From Malacoraja senta (taxonomy: Eukaryota): a stretch of 64,000 nt of DNA. Below the pieces are notes generated by a model. It was given only the letters and a program-made list of their open reading frames with translations, was not told the DNA's origin and searched no databases. This document shows positions 37,852 through 52,439 of this stretch, one piece after another. The position numbers and the translations under genes were made by a program. The stretch lies in NCBI GenBank assembly GCA_038087875.1, contig CM075989.1, positions 16,742,001 to 16,806,000 of the forward strand. The letters are read 5' to 3'. How positions within the stretch are numbered: position 1 is the stretch's first letter; each line of letters begins with the position of its first letter.

Positions 37852-40800
37852 TTACTTCGGAGTCACGTGAGTGACTACGTGAAGAACCCCACCAGTGCGC
37901 CTGCGCGTCATTACGTCAGACGCATTGGCGCAAACGGACGCGAGGAGCGCTCCTCTAGTGGAATTGTAGTTTTTAAACTACAAGGTAAGTATAAACTTTT
38001 TTGGAAGTATTTCCATGTCCGTTTGCTGTGGGTCTGTGGGGATTTTTTCCACAGGCGCCATGGAAAAAACGGGCAAGGGGAGGAGGCGAGCGACTCAGCC
38101 GGTAGAAAGTCGCGAGATTGCGGTCGGCGACCAGCCGCCTCTGACCACGGTACAGTCGCCAGCAGACAGCATAGCGACTGGGGATATTGGGGCTGAAGTG
38201 AATTTAGTCAGCACCAGTGGGGCAAGGCAAAGCCGATAAAAAGCTGTGGGAATGCGGTCGGTAAAGGACTGCCTCATACCCTACAACAGTCGGCGGCTGG
38301 GAGCGGGGCGAACTGTGGACTTGTGCATTAAAGAAAAGAACGGTGCCAGCGTCAGTTGGGTGCTAGGCAACATACAAGTCAGGGCCATGGAGCAAGAGTC
38401 AGTTTGGGATTCACCTCCAAGGCTGGATACCACTTTCTGAGTGGATATTCCAAATGGATAACCTGTACACAGGTTGCTCCAACAAAACATACTCCAGGAG
38501 GAGTGATGTCAGAACCAGGCTCCAGAAGCCAGGTCAGCAGCACCTAGTAAAGGGCTGCTTGATAGCACCCTCATTGATGAGGCGTGTGCACAGGGTCGGC
38601 AGTTTCCAAAACAAGCGAAGACGGCAGCTTCCAGATGGGCTATTCCTGGCAGTACGATTTGCTGCTCTGTGAGAGTTCTGACCCCGAGTCTGACGGTGAG
38701 GCCGATACAAGCGAAGACGGCAGCTGCCAGATGTTTTACTCCTGGTAGTACGATTCGCTGCCCCGTCAGAGTCAGGAGACCCACTGGAAAGGACGTGGTC
38801 TCTGTGATCAACTATTGTGTCTGCCATCAGCTCTAGTAGCGTACGATGGATGAAAATGCCAAAAAGCACGAGATCCCAAGGAACTGCGTATTGCTGAAAG
38901 TACTAGCAGTGAACCAAGATAAGGGGTCAGATGGGCGAAGGCATGTAAGCCTAAGGAAAGTAAACTGCAGAGAATATTGAAGCTGCTGGGTTGATGAACA
39001 ACTGCAATTTGCAAAACGATGGATGGAGGCCATGGATGGAGATGCATCAAGTGGCACTAAGGTTGCTATGTAGCGCCCACTTCAAGATGAATTGTTTCAG
39101 GAAGTATGCCATTCGGTCCACCATCAACCCAAAGTTGCAGCAACTCTGTAAAGCCCAGCAATGTGCAGTCATTCAACTTATTCTTCATAGAAAAAACCTC
39201 ATGAATCGTAGGAAAGAGTTGGATAATGAGGCAAAAACAGCAAAGTTGATCACAACATCAATGGTCGTCAAGTCTGCAAAGAGGACATCATACAAAATCC
39301 TGGACCGACATCAGGATCAAATCGACCATTGAAGCAGGTACACAGTTGATGTCCTGCAGCAGGAAAACGAAAAAGTGTGGGTTTTGCCTGCCAGGAGCCA
39401 GGGACCACAGGTCACTCAGATGACAAAGGAGGTAGGTGGACCTGGTTCTTATGGGAACATATTAAGGCAAAAACAGCCAAATATTGGAAGCAAATTACTT
39501 CAGGTATTATTCTGAGTATTATAGAAAGGTTTCTAATTGATTCGATTCAAATACTGATTTGCCATCCAGTATGTTCCAAGCAGAACACTCCAATTTCACA
39601 TAAAAATAATTGATGGAGGTTCAAGCTGAATTGAAAACTTGTTTATAAACAAGTAATTGAAAGGTCGGTTTATCAAAACCACCAAATTGTGTTAAAAATT
39701 TCTCAACCTAAAAAGGTGAGGAGTATTTTAGATCTGACAAGTCTTTAAAAATTTTAGACACTTCAAAATAGAGACTTTGAGACTGCCAAACAATTTATTT
39801 CAAAAAAGATGTTTTATGGCACTTATAGATCTGAAAGATGTATATTACTTAGTGTTTGTTCATTTATAATAAAATTATCTAAAGGAACAATTATGGCAAT
39901 TCAAAGTTCTGTCTAACGGGTTAACTTCAGTCCCTAGAAATTCACTAAATTGGTAAAAACCAATTTTGCGGCTAATTAGAGTCCAAGGACAGATGTGGAT
40001 GGCTTAACTGGATGATGTCCTAATTAGGACGAACAAGAGAATTCGTGAGTTATCTCTCTCAAATTATTCAAACCACTTTTGAAAGTTGGGTTTAATTCAT
40101 CCAGAGAGAAATTAAGTTAACGATACTTACAACAATTGATTATTTGATTCAATTGAAAAGGTAGTAATTTACCCAGGGTAAAGGGTAAAGCTAATTGATG
40201 GTTGTATTAAGCAGTTGGAAAAGCAACAATCTTCAATTAAGACAGGTGGCCAGCTTGTTAGGAGAATTAGTGTTATTTCCAGCAATACAATATGGGCCAT
40301 TGGACTACCAGCAGCTGCAGACTGCAAAAAGAAAAAACACTAAGATGCATGATGGCCATTTTTTGATAGGCCATGCAATTAAACAACAAATGCTGCTTCT
40401 GATTGCAGTAGTGGATTTAACATGTCTTCAGTAGTTCAAGCAAGATACGGATTGAACAGCCTTCCATGGTCTTAACAGACTGATATCAGTGTACTAGGAT
40501 TGGTGCCACTGAAAAGGTATCCATCTGTGGACAGATGGAATATGGAAGAAGTATTATGTTACAGACATGGAGAATCGACGTTTTAAAGTCTATTGGAAGG
40601 CTTATGAGCTACAAGCTTGTTGTTAAATACAACTAATCTGCATGTTCAGTTTCAAATTAACAACACTACAGCAATGGCATGTATTAATTGTATGGGTGGA
40701 ATTTCCATGATAACAAAGAATGGATGTTTAACCTTAAGATTTTTTAATGATATAATAATCAGATTTGGGAAGCCAGATATGACTTGTTTCCATCCAGACT

Positions 40801-42608
40801 CAATCACCAGTTACAGAGATATGTGTTATGGGACTCCATCGGGAGACAGTAGTGATGGATGTTTCTCACTATATTAGGATGGTATGTTGTTATATGCATT
40901 TTACTTCATCCTGTCTCATAAATCGGTGTCTGCTTAAAACGAAGCAGGATGCTGCCTCTGGGGGTATTCGTGGTACCAGACGGGTCTACGCAGCCATGGT
41001 TCCCTTTGATATTGGAATTTATGACACAGTTTCTGATAAATGTTCCCAAAAGGAGGAAGTTACTGGTGTATTCGATAATTGGAGAGTAACATCTGTCATA
41101 TGCCTGTATGGATGCAGGTTTAAAAAAAGAGGATTGTCTGGGCATGCTGTGGACATGGTTACAGCAGTCTGGCAGAAGAGTACTCAAAAGCAGTACATTT
41201 GTGAATCTGAGTTGTGACTCTGTAAATACTGCTTTCCCATTATGTAAAGAATGAGGGGGGGGGGAAGAAAAAGAAAAAAAATTCTGTGTATAAAAGAATA
41301 TGGAATGTTGTACGGCACATGTCTCAAATATCTTGGATTGACCTCTATTTAATGGGTTGAGGTATAGTGCGATTTATTCACACAGAAGTATATTATTCCT
41401 CGTTTTTATTTGATGAGGTTGGAAAGACATCCTGTTGAGTCTCGTTCTTTTATTTCCAGATTAATGAAAGGAATTTTAATTCCAGACCTTCTAAACGTAG
41501 GAGGGAATCTGGAATATAGAATTGTTTTAAGCTACTTCATCAAAGGAGTCTTGGTACGATTCTGATTTGGCCAAGTTCAGCATGAAGGTAGTCATGTTTA
41601 TGGCACTTGTGACATTACAAAGTTACAGATACACAGAAGTACCTCAGGATTATGTTATGTTTTACATTTTATGAACTACTCAAATGAAGTAGGATCAGGT
41701 GTGACAGGATTCAAGATTGTTTTATTAACATATTCTATGGATCCATGTCTATGTTAAGACATATTTATTGCAATACATTGAGGCTACAAAGATCTTATGA
41801 AATATGAAAACAAGATTGTTTATCATTCACAAAAAACCTTACAAGATAGTGTCAGTTCAGACTATTTCAAGATGGTTAAAACAAGTCTTGGTTGCTTCAG
41901 GTGTTAACAGTGATGTTTTTACATCCCATTCGATTTAGCAGCAACATCAGCGGCCAGGGCGAAGGACTTCCTGTTGACCATATTCTCGCAGCCGCCGGGT
42001 GATTTAATAAGTTGGTGTTTCAACAGTTTTACCATCGGCCTATTGCCAATACGGGGCTGTTTGCAGAAACTATTTTAAGTTCTGTATAATTTCCTCTGGT
42101 TTAAAGGGGATACTGGTAATTCTATTATTAAAATAAATGAATTACTGCATTTGTCATGCAAATGTCATTATTAAAGCATTATTGATTATTTCTCGTTCCG
42201 AGTCAATCAATGCAGTGAGAAGCCGGGATTTGTCTGCGGCATGAAATCACAAAGCTTTAAAATCTTCACGTAGTCATTCACGTGACTCCGAAGTAAAATA
42301 GTAAGATTAAATGAGAACTTACCTAAGTTTGAAGTTTGATCTTTATTTTATGAGGAGTTACGTTGGTGATTACGTGCCCACCACGACCCAACCCTCTATC
42401 ATAAAGGTCAGATGGAAGTTCTTGTATTACTCGTTTTATTATGATACTATATTACTTCGCTTGTTGTTTTTTGTGATTTCACACCGCTGCTTCGAAGATT
42501 GACGCGCAGGCGCACTGGCGGGGTTCTTCACGTAATCACCAACGTAACTCCTCATAAAATAAAGATCAAACTTCAAACTTGGGTAAGTTCTCGTTTAATC
42601 TTACTATT
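37849..42608 (+). mobile_element. DIRS1-type tyrosine-recombinase retrotransposon, full length with decayed ORFs
   Basis: Inverted terminal repeats 37876-37910 / 42500-42534 and internal complementary region 42263-42376. Remnants of RT (FMALIDLKDVYY, QFKVLSNGL, LDDVLI), RNase H (HVQFQINNTTAMACIN), methyltransferase-like (VVPDGSTQPWFP) and YR (LFI..KPY..TISRWLKQVL..SHSI..FQQFYHRPI). Confidence 0.93.
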
Positions 42609-42818
42609 CTCCCTGTGACCGCATAGGTTTTCACCAGTTGCTCCGGTTTCCTCCCACATTCCAAAGATGTGCAAGTTTGTAGGTTAATTGGCTTTGGCAA
42701 GTTGTTAAAAAAATTGTTCCTAGTATGTAGAATAGTGTTAGTGTATGGGATGATCACTAGTAGGCGCAGATTCCATGGGCCGAAGGGTCTGTTTCCGCAC
42801 TGTATCTCTAAATTCTAA
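42609..42818 (+). mobile_element. 3' half of the interrupted V-SINE
   Basis: CTCCGGTTTCCTCCCACATTCCAAAGA core and GGGCCGAAGGGTCTGTTTCC..TGTATCTCTAAA tail. Confidence 0.85.
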
Positions 42819-45160
42819 AAGGTTGTTGATCTTTCATGATCTTACATCGAGCTAATTGCCTCCAATGATGATGCTTAACAAGGACCAAAACTTTCTGTTG
42901 TACTCTTGACATGGCTTCACTAGTGTCTTGTACAATTGTAGCAAGTTTTCTCTACTTTATATTCCAAAATCCTTCAAATAAAAGTCAGCTTTCTATTTGT
43001 ACCCCCCTCCCAATAATTTGCTGCAATGGTGTGCTAGATTTCTGTTTCATGTACAAGTTATCCTGAATTGCTCTGTGCTGCAGCCATCTGCGGCTTTCTC
43101 TATTCAAATAATAATATGTATCTATCAATCTTCCTTACTAAATTGAACAATTGCATATTAATTTACAATTTTCTCCGAGTCCACATTTTCCCCACTGGTT
43201 TAACCTTTCAATATATTTGTGTAAATTGTTTGTATAAAGCTCTTGCCTTCTGCTTCAATGGGTTTATTATCTTGGTGCACTAGAGGGAACAGCTTTCGCC
43301 AAGGTCGGATCAGCTGTTTAAACCTGGCCATTGTTAGTATAGTCTATGGTCACACACTCCTCGACACTGGAGACGAACTTGCTGGCATCTGCTCTTCTAG
43401 CCAGAACCAATATATAATCTACCATGACCAAAACTAAACGCATTAGTTTAACTGCAAGTCTTTGCTTATTGTATAAAAACATTCAAATATTATCATTAAA
43501 GAGATAGCAGGGCAATTAGAAAAATTCATGACAACCAGGCGCAGTGCTGTTTTGTGAAAGATAAATAACTTTTTGGAGGATTTTGAAGAAGCAACATTCT
43601 GTGGATTGAAGGAATAATGGTGGTGGTGGTGTTGTGCTTAGATTTCAAGAAATCAAAGGATATTTCATAAAATTAAATTTGTGTGTTCTTAGGAGCTATA
43701 TTGGCATCATTAGAAGGTTGGCCAAAATGGAAAAGAGAGTGTGCTTACGGGGATCTCTTTCTAAACGGCAAGATGTATAAATACTATGCCACCCGATTTG
43801 TTCTGAGGCCTCAACATTTTACAACTTAAATGAATGATTGATTTGGATAAAGGTATGATTTCTAAATTTGCTGATGAAACAAAGATAGTTAGGAAAGTCA
43901 TGAAGAGCTCATAATGAGACTACAAGGGTAAATGAAGCAGCAGAGTCTGACAAATGGAATATGTGAGGAAAATGCAAGATTCCAAACTTTTAAGATGCTT
44001 AGGGATCTGGATGTCTAAGTGCATGACATGCAAGAGGCAAGTAGTTAGAAAAGCAAACAAAGTTATTGTTTATTGCAAGGAAATTAACTATAAAAGGAGG
44101 TTTACCTCAGTTATATAGGAAACTAATGAGATGACATCTGGAGAACTGTGAACCATCATTTAATCTCCTCCCCTCTCACTGTTCGGGAACCCATCAGTCT
44201 TTCTAAGTGAACTGAAGTGAAGTGTACTGATTCACTTGTGCTTCTTCGAATCAAGTGTACTGCATTTGGAGTTGCAATGTGGTCTCCACATTGGAGAAAG
44301 CAAACACAGATTGGAGGTTGCTTTGGAGCACCTGTATTCAGTTGGCAAGGCTGAGCTTGTCTGCCACTTGAATTCCTATCCCACTCACCCCTCTGACACG
44401 TTTCTCTGCAGCACTGCTACCAAGAAAAGCTCTTTTCTTCCATCTGCAGTTTGTGAAGCTTGAGGGAGGATTGTAGGTGGAAGGGGAGGGCGAGGAGAGA
44501 AACCTATTTATCCCCTCCTTCACCCCTTCCACCTACATTATTTTAGCTTCACAATTTGCAACTGTTCAATCCTTTTGTTTTACACCTTCTGTCTTTTCAT
44601 CTCTGGCCTTTGTCCAACCATCTGCCTGTCTAAAATCCCCTTTACCTATATCCACCTATTATTTGTTAGGCTTTGCCTTGCCCCTCCTCTCTTCCAGTTT
44701 TCTTTCCCCACCCCAGGTGCAGTTCTTTGTTTCTAGTCAGACATTCATGAACTGGAAAGTTACTTGGGGTGAAGGAGAATACAATGTAGAGGTAATAATC
44801 AGATCAGCGGAGGACTTATTGAATGGCAACTCGGGCTCAAGGGGCCTCAAAAATGTGCAAAACTAAATACACTATAGAATACTGAATTGAACAGTAACTG
44901 AGTAAAGGGCAAAACCAGATAAAACACAGTGGGAGTCTTCTTATGAGTCAAATTAAGAATATTTGGTCTTGGGCCATATCATTAGCCTCATGTGCCAGAT
45001 ATCAACAGGCAACATGGATTCTATAAAGCTGAAACTTGGAAGAAGAGTGATGAAAATAACCAAAAGCAAACAACAAAATGAATTAGTGCAGATCCCTTCA
45101 AAAATGGAATGAATTATGGACTACTCTTTGTTTTAAAAAAAAAAGCAAGATGGTATTTAC

Positions 45161-45308
45161 CAGGACTGATTCTGCCATTATTGTTTTGCCTTTGAAGAAA
45201 ATCCTTATAGCAAACAGAACACATGCCATTCGTTCGTGGGTTCCCATAAAATCCACAGCCCGTGGTGCACAGCATAGGCACTTGAGTCTGATTGGTTTCT
45301 TGAGCCAT
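45161..45308 (-). CDS. ZFAND6: ZFAND6 first coding exon (A20-type zinc finger); exon acceptor at 45323
   Basis: [54 protein letters not shown]6 rather than ZFAND5 is supported by adjacency to FAH, the GRISP motif and the GEKIQKI C-terminus. Confidence 0.95.
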
Positions 45309-48300
45309 GTTCTTCCAACAGACCTTCAAAAACAAAGTTAAAAACTGTTAAGAGTCATGGCCACAAGATACAACAAAGTGAAAAACTCACTGGTGTTGTA
45401 GATTGCGCTGACTTCACTGCAAGCAGAAAAATGGAAAGATAAATTTTGAAAATGCAAGTTTTAGTATTTGTTGAATGTACCTTAGCACTGCACAGGTACT
45501 ACTTTCCACTCTTTCCCAAGGCCTTAACTCTGTGCTGGAGTAACACTGTCTAATGCACGTCCACTACAACAGATGTCTGCAAGAAATTCCACCTGAAGAA
45601 ATGCTGTGGACAGAGGGTTTGGGGAAGAAAGAGGTGCTGGTGCAAGATATTAAAGGTAAATCCCATTGTGCACTTCATTGAGAATACTGATTTTACAAAT
45701 ACTGATTTCATACATTATCTTGGGGCATGAAAGCCAATTGCGCAATGGGAATAAAGGAATGGTATCCAAAAGTAGCTAACTGGAGATGCATTTGCGGTTT
45801 ATGATTAGTAAACTGAGCAAGAACTTCTGTGGGCATGCAATTTCAAAATATATCCGCACACTATGGACAAGGAAATGGAGTCTGGTTTTTAGGGAGGGAG
45901 AAAATAGAGGTGTGAGAAAGGGATAGTTTCAGATCAAAGACCTTTAAGTTAACTCTGTTCCCCTCTTTATTACTGCTGCCTGACCCACTGAATACTTTAA
46001 GCATCTTGTTTTTTTATATCAGAGAATTCAACGTCTGAAAAAGTATTTTTAGCTACTGTGGAACTTTTTTCCCACCTTCAGAGCTCAGTGGTGTGATGTC
46101 CGAGTTATTTATTGCAGTTGATGAACAAATTGTTTACACATATAATGCAAGTTATGCGGTTAAACATTCAGCAGCAAGTAGCATAATTAGTGCACGTGAA
46201 CCTTGATCACTATTTAAACTTGTAATGCTTTGAAAACTGTAAATTACAATCTCCTGATAATTTTCTGGTTATGGTTACTGATAAAGTGAATAAAAGCCAC
46301 ATGAGCAAAATAGCAAGGTTACACCGTGGGTAAATTACCGGATTAGCCTTTTAAATCTGATTGATCTGAAGACACAAATATGAATCCCACTGTGGCAGCT
46401 ACAGCTAGGGAACTTAATTAAGCCTACAATACAAATGGTGAGATAAAATACTGAGATTATTGTAAAGATATGCTCTTTACAGAAGAAATTCTCCCAAAGC
46501 AAAAACACAAGAGGCGCCAGTTGCTGTACTCTGGAGCAAAAAAGAAAATGCTGAAGGATTTTTAAAAATAGAATATTTCAGCAGTTTAATTTTTGCTCCA
46601 GAATATAGCAACTGGTGCCTCTTGTGTCTCTAAGAATTTCACCCATCCTTATTCGCTCTTGCTCGTGTATAACACCAAATGCACTGCAATATGGTCAACT
46701 CTTAACTGCCTCAATACTAGCTTAGCAAGCGACATTGTTGGGGCAGTCCAATATAGGTAATTAATGCCAGTGAAGCTCCAGTGAATAAATGAAAATAAAA
46801 AATGCACAGCAGTTACACCACCCAAACCCATAACGATATCTCACAATTTAAATGAATACTAATTTGAATTAGTCGTTCAGAAAGTCGTTCAGAAAGCACA
46901 GACTGCACTCTTATCAAATCCCATTGCTTACATAATTTAATAAATAGTTGCGCAACCAACTTTTGTGAGTAGAGCACAACTAATCATTAACGTTCAATTA
47001 GCCAAACCCATGGTTTGGAGATTGATGCAACATTATACATAAAATAAACATCAAAATAAAGCACAAATATCCATACAGTAATACTGAATGAAAGCTTCCT
47101 GAAGCCACAGACCTTGGCATGACATACAATGTCAGATATTGGTCTATATCCTGCAGCTTGTGCTGTGATTTGCTGAACTGGAAGCTAATTACAGTATCAC
47201 AAGGGCACAGAACTTACTTATAACACTCAGGAGGCCATTCAACCCATCAGTTCCATGCTGGCTCTCAGCAGAGTAATCCCATTAGTGCGATTCCCCCTCT
47301 TCTTATTTTCTTGCAGCTGGAAAACGTATTCTCTCTCTTGCCCATCAAGTCCCCCTCTTGTTCTTCTGATACTCAACTACACTAATGGGTAATTTATATT
47401 AGCCAATTAGCACATCTTTGAGAAGTGGGAGGAAAACAGAAAATGTTGAAAAAGGTGAATTAAAATCAACTCGGGTACAAAAATTGAATACAAGAATGAC
47501 CAGGTTTAAATGGTTTGTTTTCTGGCTCAGAGAGGTTGATTAATATTGTACAAGTACTGCACTAACAATTACCAGCATTGTATTAACAGTTAAATTAGCT
47601 CTTACTTTTATATATGAAGTAACCACGTAAATCCGAGGTTGAGCCTGAGCCACAGTTTCAATGAAGTTAACAAAGGTTAACAAACAAATGTTAGTTATCT
47701 ATTATATTTAAATGACTTCTATGTCCCAGGTATATTACCCTCGTCATCACATGCTGGCTGATTCACACATTAATAAAAAAGTCACCATTAAAATGTGCCA
47801 ATAGCAAATAGCAGCCTGTACACTATTGACAAGCTGCTACTTATTTTGCTGGCTTTACCTTGCATTGAACATTATTCCCTTATCATGTATCTATATACTG
47901 TAATTGGCTCAATTGTAATCATGTATTGTCTTTCTGCTGGCTGGAGAGCACGCAACAAAAGCTTTTCACTGTACCTCAGTACACGTGGCAATTAAACTAA
48001 ACTAAAGTTTTCAGGGGCGGATAAAGATTGAAACTACAAACAGCTGCATAAACACTACATTTATTTGAATTTCAGGAGACAATTTCAACATTGAGCGCTT
48101 CAGCTGCGTTCAATTGCAAGGTAGCTAATCGTTTACCAACTCAAGGAAGAAATAGTGAGAAACTAAAGTCATTATTCCATTGCTACACACAAGCTATGGA
48201 AATGGAGGAACCATAGAAATAAATAAATGTAAATAAATATCGTCATTTTTATCACAAAACAAGAGATTCACAAGAAAAAGATGTCTACTGGTTAACTCCA

Positions 48301-48714
48301 AAATCGTTTGGCTGGCTGCTTCAAATTAAAGGTACACGTTTCCACATGGAATATTTACCGAAATGAAACTTTTCCTTTAATATGGTTTAACATTCTTCCA
48401 TAAAATTAACATTTAAAGTGGCCGTATTGCTCAACTGTTATGTCTTAACTCTCATGCTGTCATCCAGAATGTGCTCAGAAAAAAATCTTGTTCCCAGCAA
48501 CAAAGGTCAAGTTTACAATTAACATTCCTTTGCTCAAATATATGTTGCAGTTAGTTGCAAACCCAAATTTTGCATTTTGTTGCAACCATTTCCTAATCAA
48601 ATTTAACTATGACATGATTACAAAATTACTTTTTATGAAAAATAGTTGAATAGAAATTGGTGTATCCTATTACTGGAAAAGAAACAAAAAGATCTAAAAG
48701 AAACCTGGACTCGT

Positions 48715-49023
48715 TTTTTAGATTTTAGAGATACAGCAGGCTCTCTGTCACACCGAGACCATGCAGACCATCGATCACCCATTCACACTAGTTCTATGTT
48801 ATCCCACTTTCTCATCCACTCCCTACACACTAAGGGCAATTTACAGAGGCCAATTAACAAACGTCCCTTGGAAGTGTGAGGAAACCAGAGCACCTAGAAG
48901 ATATCCACGCAATCAGAGGGAGAACATGTAAACTCCACACAGACTGCGTCTGAGGTCAGGATTGAACCTGGGCCTCCAGTGCCCTGAGGTAGCGGCTCTC
49001 CCAACTGTGCCACTGTGCCGCCC
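48715..49023 (-). mobile_element. V-SINE (HE1-like)
   Basis: Homologous to the other copies; minus strand begins GGCGGCACAGTGGCACAG. Confidence 0.78.
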
Positions 49024-52000
49024 TGAGATCACTGAGATCAACTGAATAGTGTTATAAATTTCAAACCCAAGACCGTGTTACATCTTTAAAAAATAATTAT
49101 CTCCCCTAATTAGTGAGCAATAAAAGAGAATTCTAACAGAATAGTCAGGGTCGCTGTGGTTTCAGACTATTTCCTTGAGTGCCTATGAATCGAGAAACCA
49201 AATAATTAACTTGCCGATTTGTACCTAACAGTGAAATCCAAACTACAATCTAAATGCTGATTTTAAATGAAAATTCACAAATAAAAATGTGTCCACTTAT
49301 TTCTACTTTTTGTGAGGTTAGTTTCTCAGGTCTGAGTGGAGGTCTTCTGCAAAGAAGTCACCCAGTCACACTTTGGTTCCTCCAATGTAGAAGGAATCAC
49401 ATTGCAAATACAGAATGGATTACAGTGAGTGGGAAGAAGTGAAAATTCACTTGTAAAGATCCCTAAATTACAGGAAGAGAAGAGGCAAAAGAGCAAGTGT
49501 TACATCTCTTGTGGTTATTTGGGAAAATGCCATGAGAAGTGGAGTGTTTGATGGAGATGGAACAGCTGCTCAGAGAGTTGTGAAAATGATTTTAGGATGC
49601 CGAAAGAAAGGGAAGAGCTGATGTTGGAACCCTATTGAAGGAAGCAAAAATTAAGAAAGATGATGCTTTGAACATGGAGGCTGGTAGGATAGATGAGACC
49701 AAAAGGAACCCTTTCCTTGTTCTGGCTGAGAGGAGGAGTGAGAGCAGAAGAAACTGGTTAATTGAAGTTCAGGTTAGTGTTTAATTCTTCAAGCATCACA
49801 AAGTACTCGCATACAATGAAATGCTTTTGTGGTGTGGCATTTACTGCTAGTGTAATTAATTCCTTTAACATCAAACATTGGTTACCTCACTGAAGAAACC
49901 TATCCAAATAAAGCTAGTTACCTACAAATCACAAAGCAATAGCAAAATCTTAAATATACCCAAATGAATAGTAGAAAATAAGTTACTCTGTTTCCTGAAG
50001 GTTGCAAAGTTGCATTAATTCAGAGCAGACGTTAGAATGGCGTTGGGCGCGAGAAATTCATCCTTAAGCTGCAAGCCTGTGCATCTTCTGCTAATCAAAC
50101 CTTCGATTAAAAAAATGTAAAACAAATCACAGCATATACCTTAATTTCTTGATTTTTGCATTATTTGCACCTTTGACTGGATGCAGGTCTCTCCCTCCCC
50201 CAAGTTTAATACTTATTGTTTAGTAAGCACAAACTAGCTGTCAGTCAATGTGATGTCATTTCAGCAAGCCCCACCCACTGCTGCACATTACCCAAATGTG
50301 GTTAAAAATAAGCAAAAATCAGAGATGCTGAAAAACTTACATCATGGACATAACTTTATTCAGGTTGGTCCAAAATAGGTGTTACTACAGCCAAAGAACT
50401 GTTCCAAAAGATACTGTATTTCACTGTATCATGGCTGCAGAGAGCAATATTACTGCTCACATATACAAAGATTGGATACAATGGGCATCACAGCAATAAT
50501 ATATCTCAAGATGTGATACTCCCATTAGGAAAGCACTCCAAAGTTTTTTAATTAACATAGGCAATATAACTTCAATAAGGAAACAAAACAATTCTATAGA
50601 AGTCTCCCATGAGTTTTCTTTCAAAGGACAAAAATACAAAAATCAACAGAAACATTTCCCAAACCCATGAGACGAAATTTATAACAATTATTTAAATATA
50701 CAGACACTGGTATCATCTTTGGATCCACAGAAATAACAAAATATATAGTGCTTTTTCAAAACAAAAATACATTTTTCATCCTTCTATTATTTCATCTATT
50801 CTGCCCTCATGTGGGCCTGTGAGTATAGATAAAGCCATCTCCAATTACTCCTTTGCACTTCTCAACTACTTTACCCAACCCCATTTTTTGCCAAGTGTTC
50901 TCCTGAAAAAAGAAAAGCTTCTTCAATCATTTTACAAATTACCAACCACAATTTTGCACACCATTGTTTTTACCTTCATTCCAGATGGGTCCCAACCATA
51001 TCAGGCTCCACACTCGTCTCCAAACTGCTCAAGGATCATCCTGTTGGTGAAAAGCTACAGCCCAGAAAGCTTCTGCACTAACAACTAATCCCTTAAGTTC
51101 CCATCCCTCTTTTGCCTCCTTTAAATGTCACCCACAGCTTATGCAAGGTCATAAGTTGTTTGATAACAAAGATTGTGGTCACAAGACCAGGTGGTTCATT
51201 TCTACCAAGTTAAATTTCCTCATAGTCTCTCAAGCCCTGATTCCATGTATTTCTCTAGTTTTTTCTCAACCATAATGCCCAGTTAATCTTGCCCACAACC
51301 CCTTCCCTGAACCAACGTTTTCTGATATCACAGGCCACTATGCACCATCCACACATTTCCTTACAGACCTCTAAATCGCTAATTATTGTTATTTCTTAAT
51401 TTTCCAGTATCTGGACATCTCTTGAGAAGGTGATTGTGAGTCTTACTCTTGAACCTTCTGATATGCCCACAATGCTGTTAGGAGGAGGTTGTGAGATTTA
51501 GACTGGGGAATGATGAAAGATGAATATCTTTCCAAGGCAACGATGCTCAACAGAGCAAAATCTGCAAGTGGTGGTGTGCAGGTGTATCAGAAGCCCTTGA
51601 TCTTCTTGATGATAGGTCATAGGTTTAGAAAATGCTGCTGGTGTAATTGCAGCGTATTTTGGAGACTATACTAGATGGGATGGTGTTAACCTCTTTAGAG
51701 TTGGTGTAGCTACACTCTTCCATGCATGTGAAAAGTATACCAAACACACCCAATTTGAGCATGTAAATAGGGGGAGATTTCGGCATTTCCAGTGACTCAC
51801 TTATCACAGGACACTCAATCTGACCTGCTCCTACAAACAAGAAATGTACGTGGTGCACATTCAGCACAGTACACTTTTAAATTAAGTTTCTGGATACTCT
51901 ACTTCTTTCAAAACAACTAGTATGTTTCCTATAAATATAACTGCAACTGCCCTCTGTCTCTTCTTCAAGCTAACTTTCCTCCCCCAAATCCTTTCATTTA

Positions 52001-52439
52001 TTAGCTCCTAAATCCATGCCTTTCTGTTCCAATGCCATGTTTACACATGGACCAAGTGTTGGAAAATGGGATTAGTTTAAATCAGTACTTGATGGTTGAA
52101 TGACCGATGGTAAAAACTTATCATGTTACGTTACTGGGCTGGTATCTATCTGTTCAGGCAGAAAACATTGGGAGCACTTGTTTGTAGGTTTCCAATTAGT
52201 AGTTGTAATGTAGGCCAGAGCACAAAGAATATAGAAGTGTGTGTGACAGGTCAAATACAGTTAGCATAGAGGATTTTAACCTACATATAGACTGGATAAA
52301 ACAAAGCACAAATAATTAATTTTTATAAGGCAAAGTTTTATTCGCTTTGGACAGCTATTTTAGATCTAGTACTATGTAAATGGAAAAGGTTACTTAATAA
52401 TCTTGTTGTAAAGGGACATGCATATTGACCATATTACAA

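Noticed and set aside
45114..45335. Assignment as ZFAND5
   Set aside because: FAH adjacency, linker motifs and C-terminus favour ZFAND6.
46504..46628. miRNA-like hairpin
   Set aside because: The arms resemble the eroded Penelope-derived repeat in inverted form; no recognisable miRNA.
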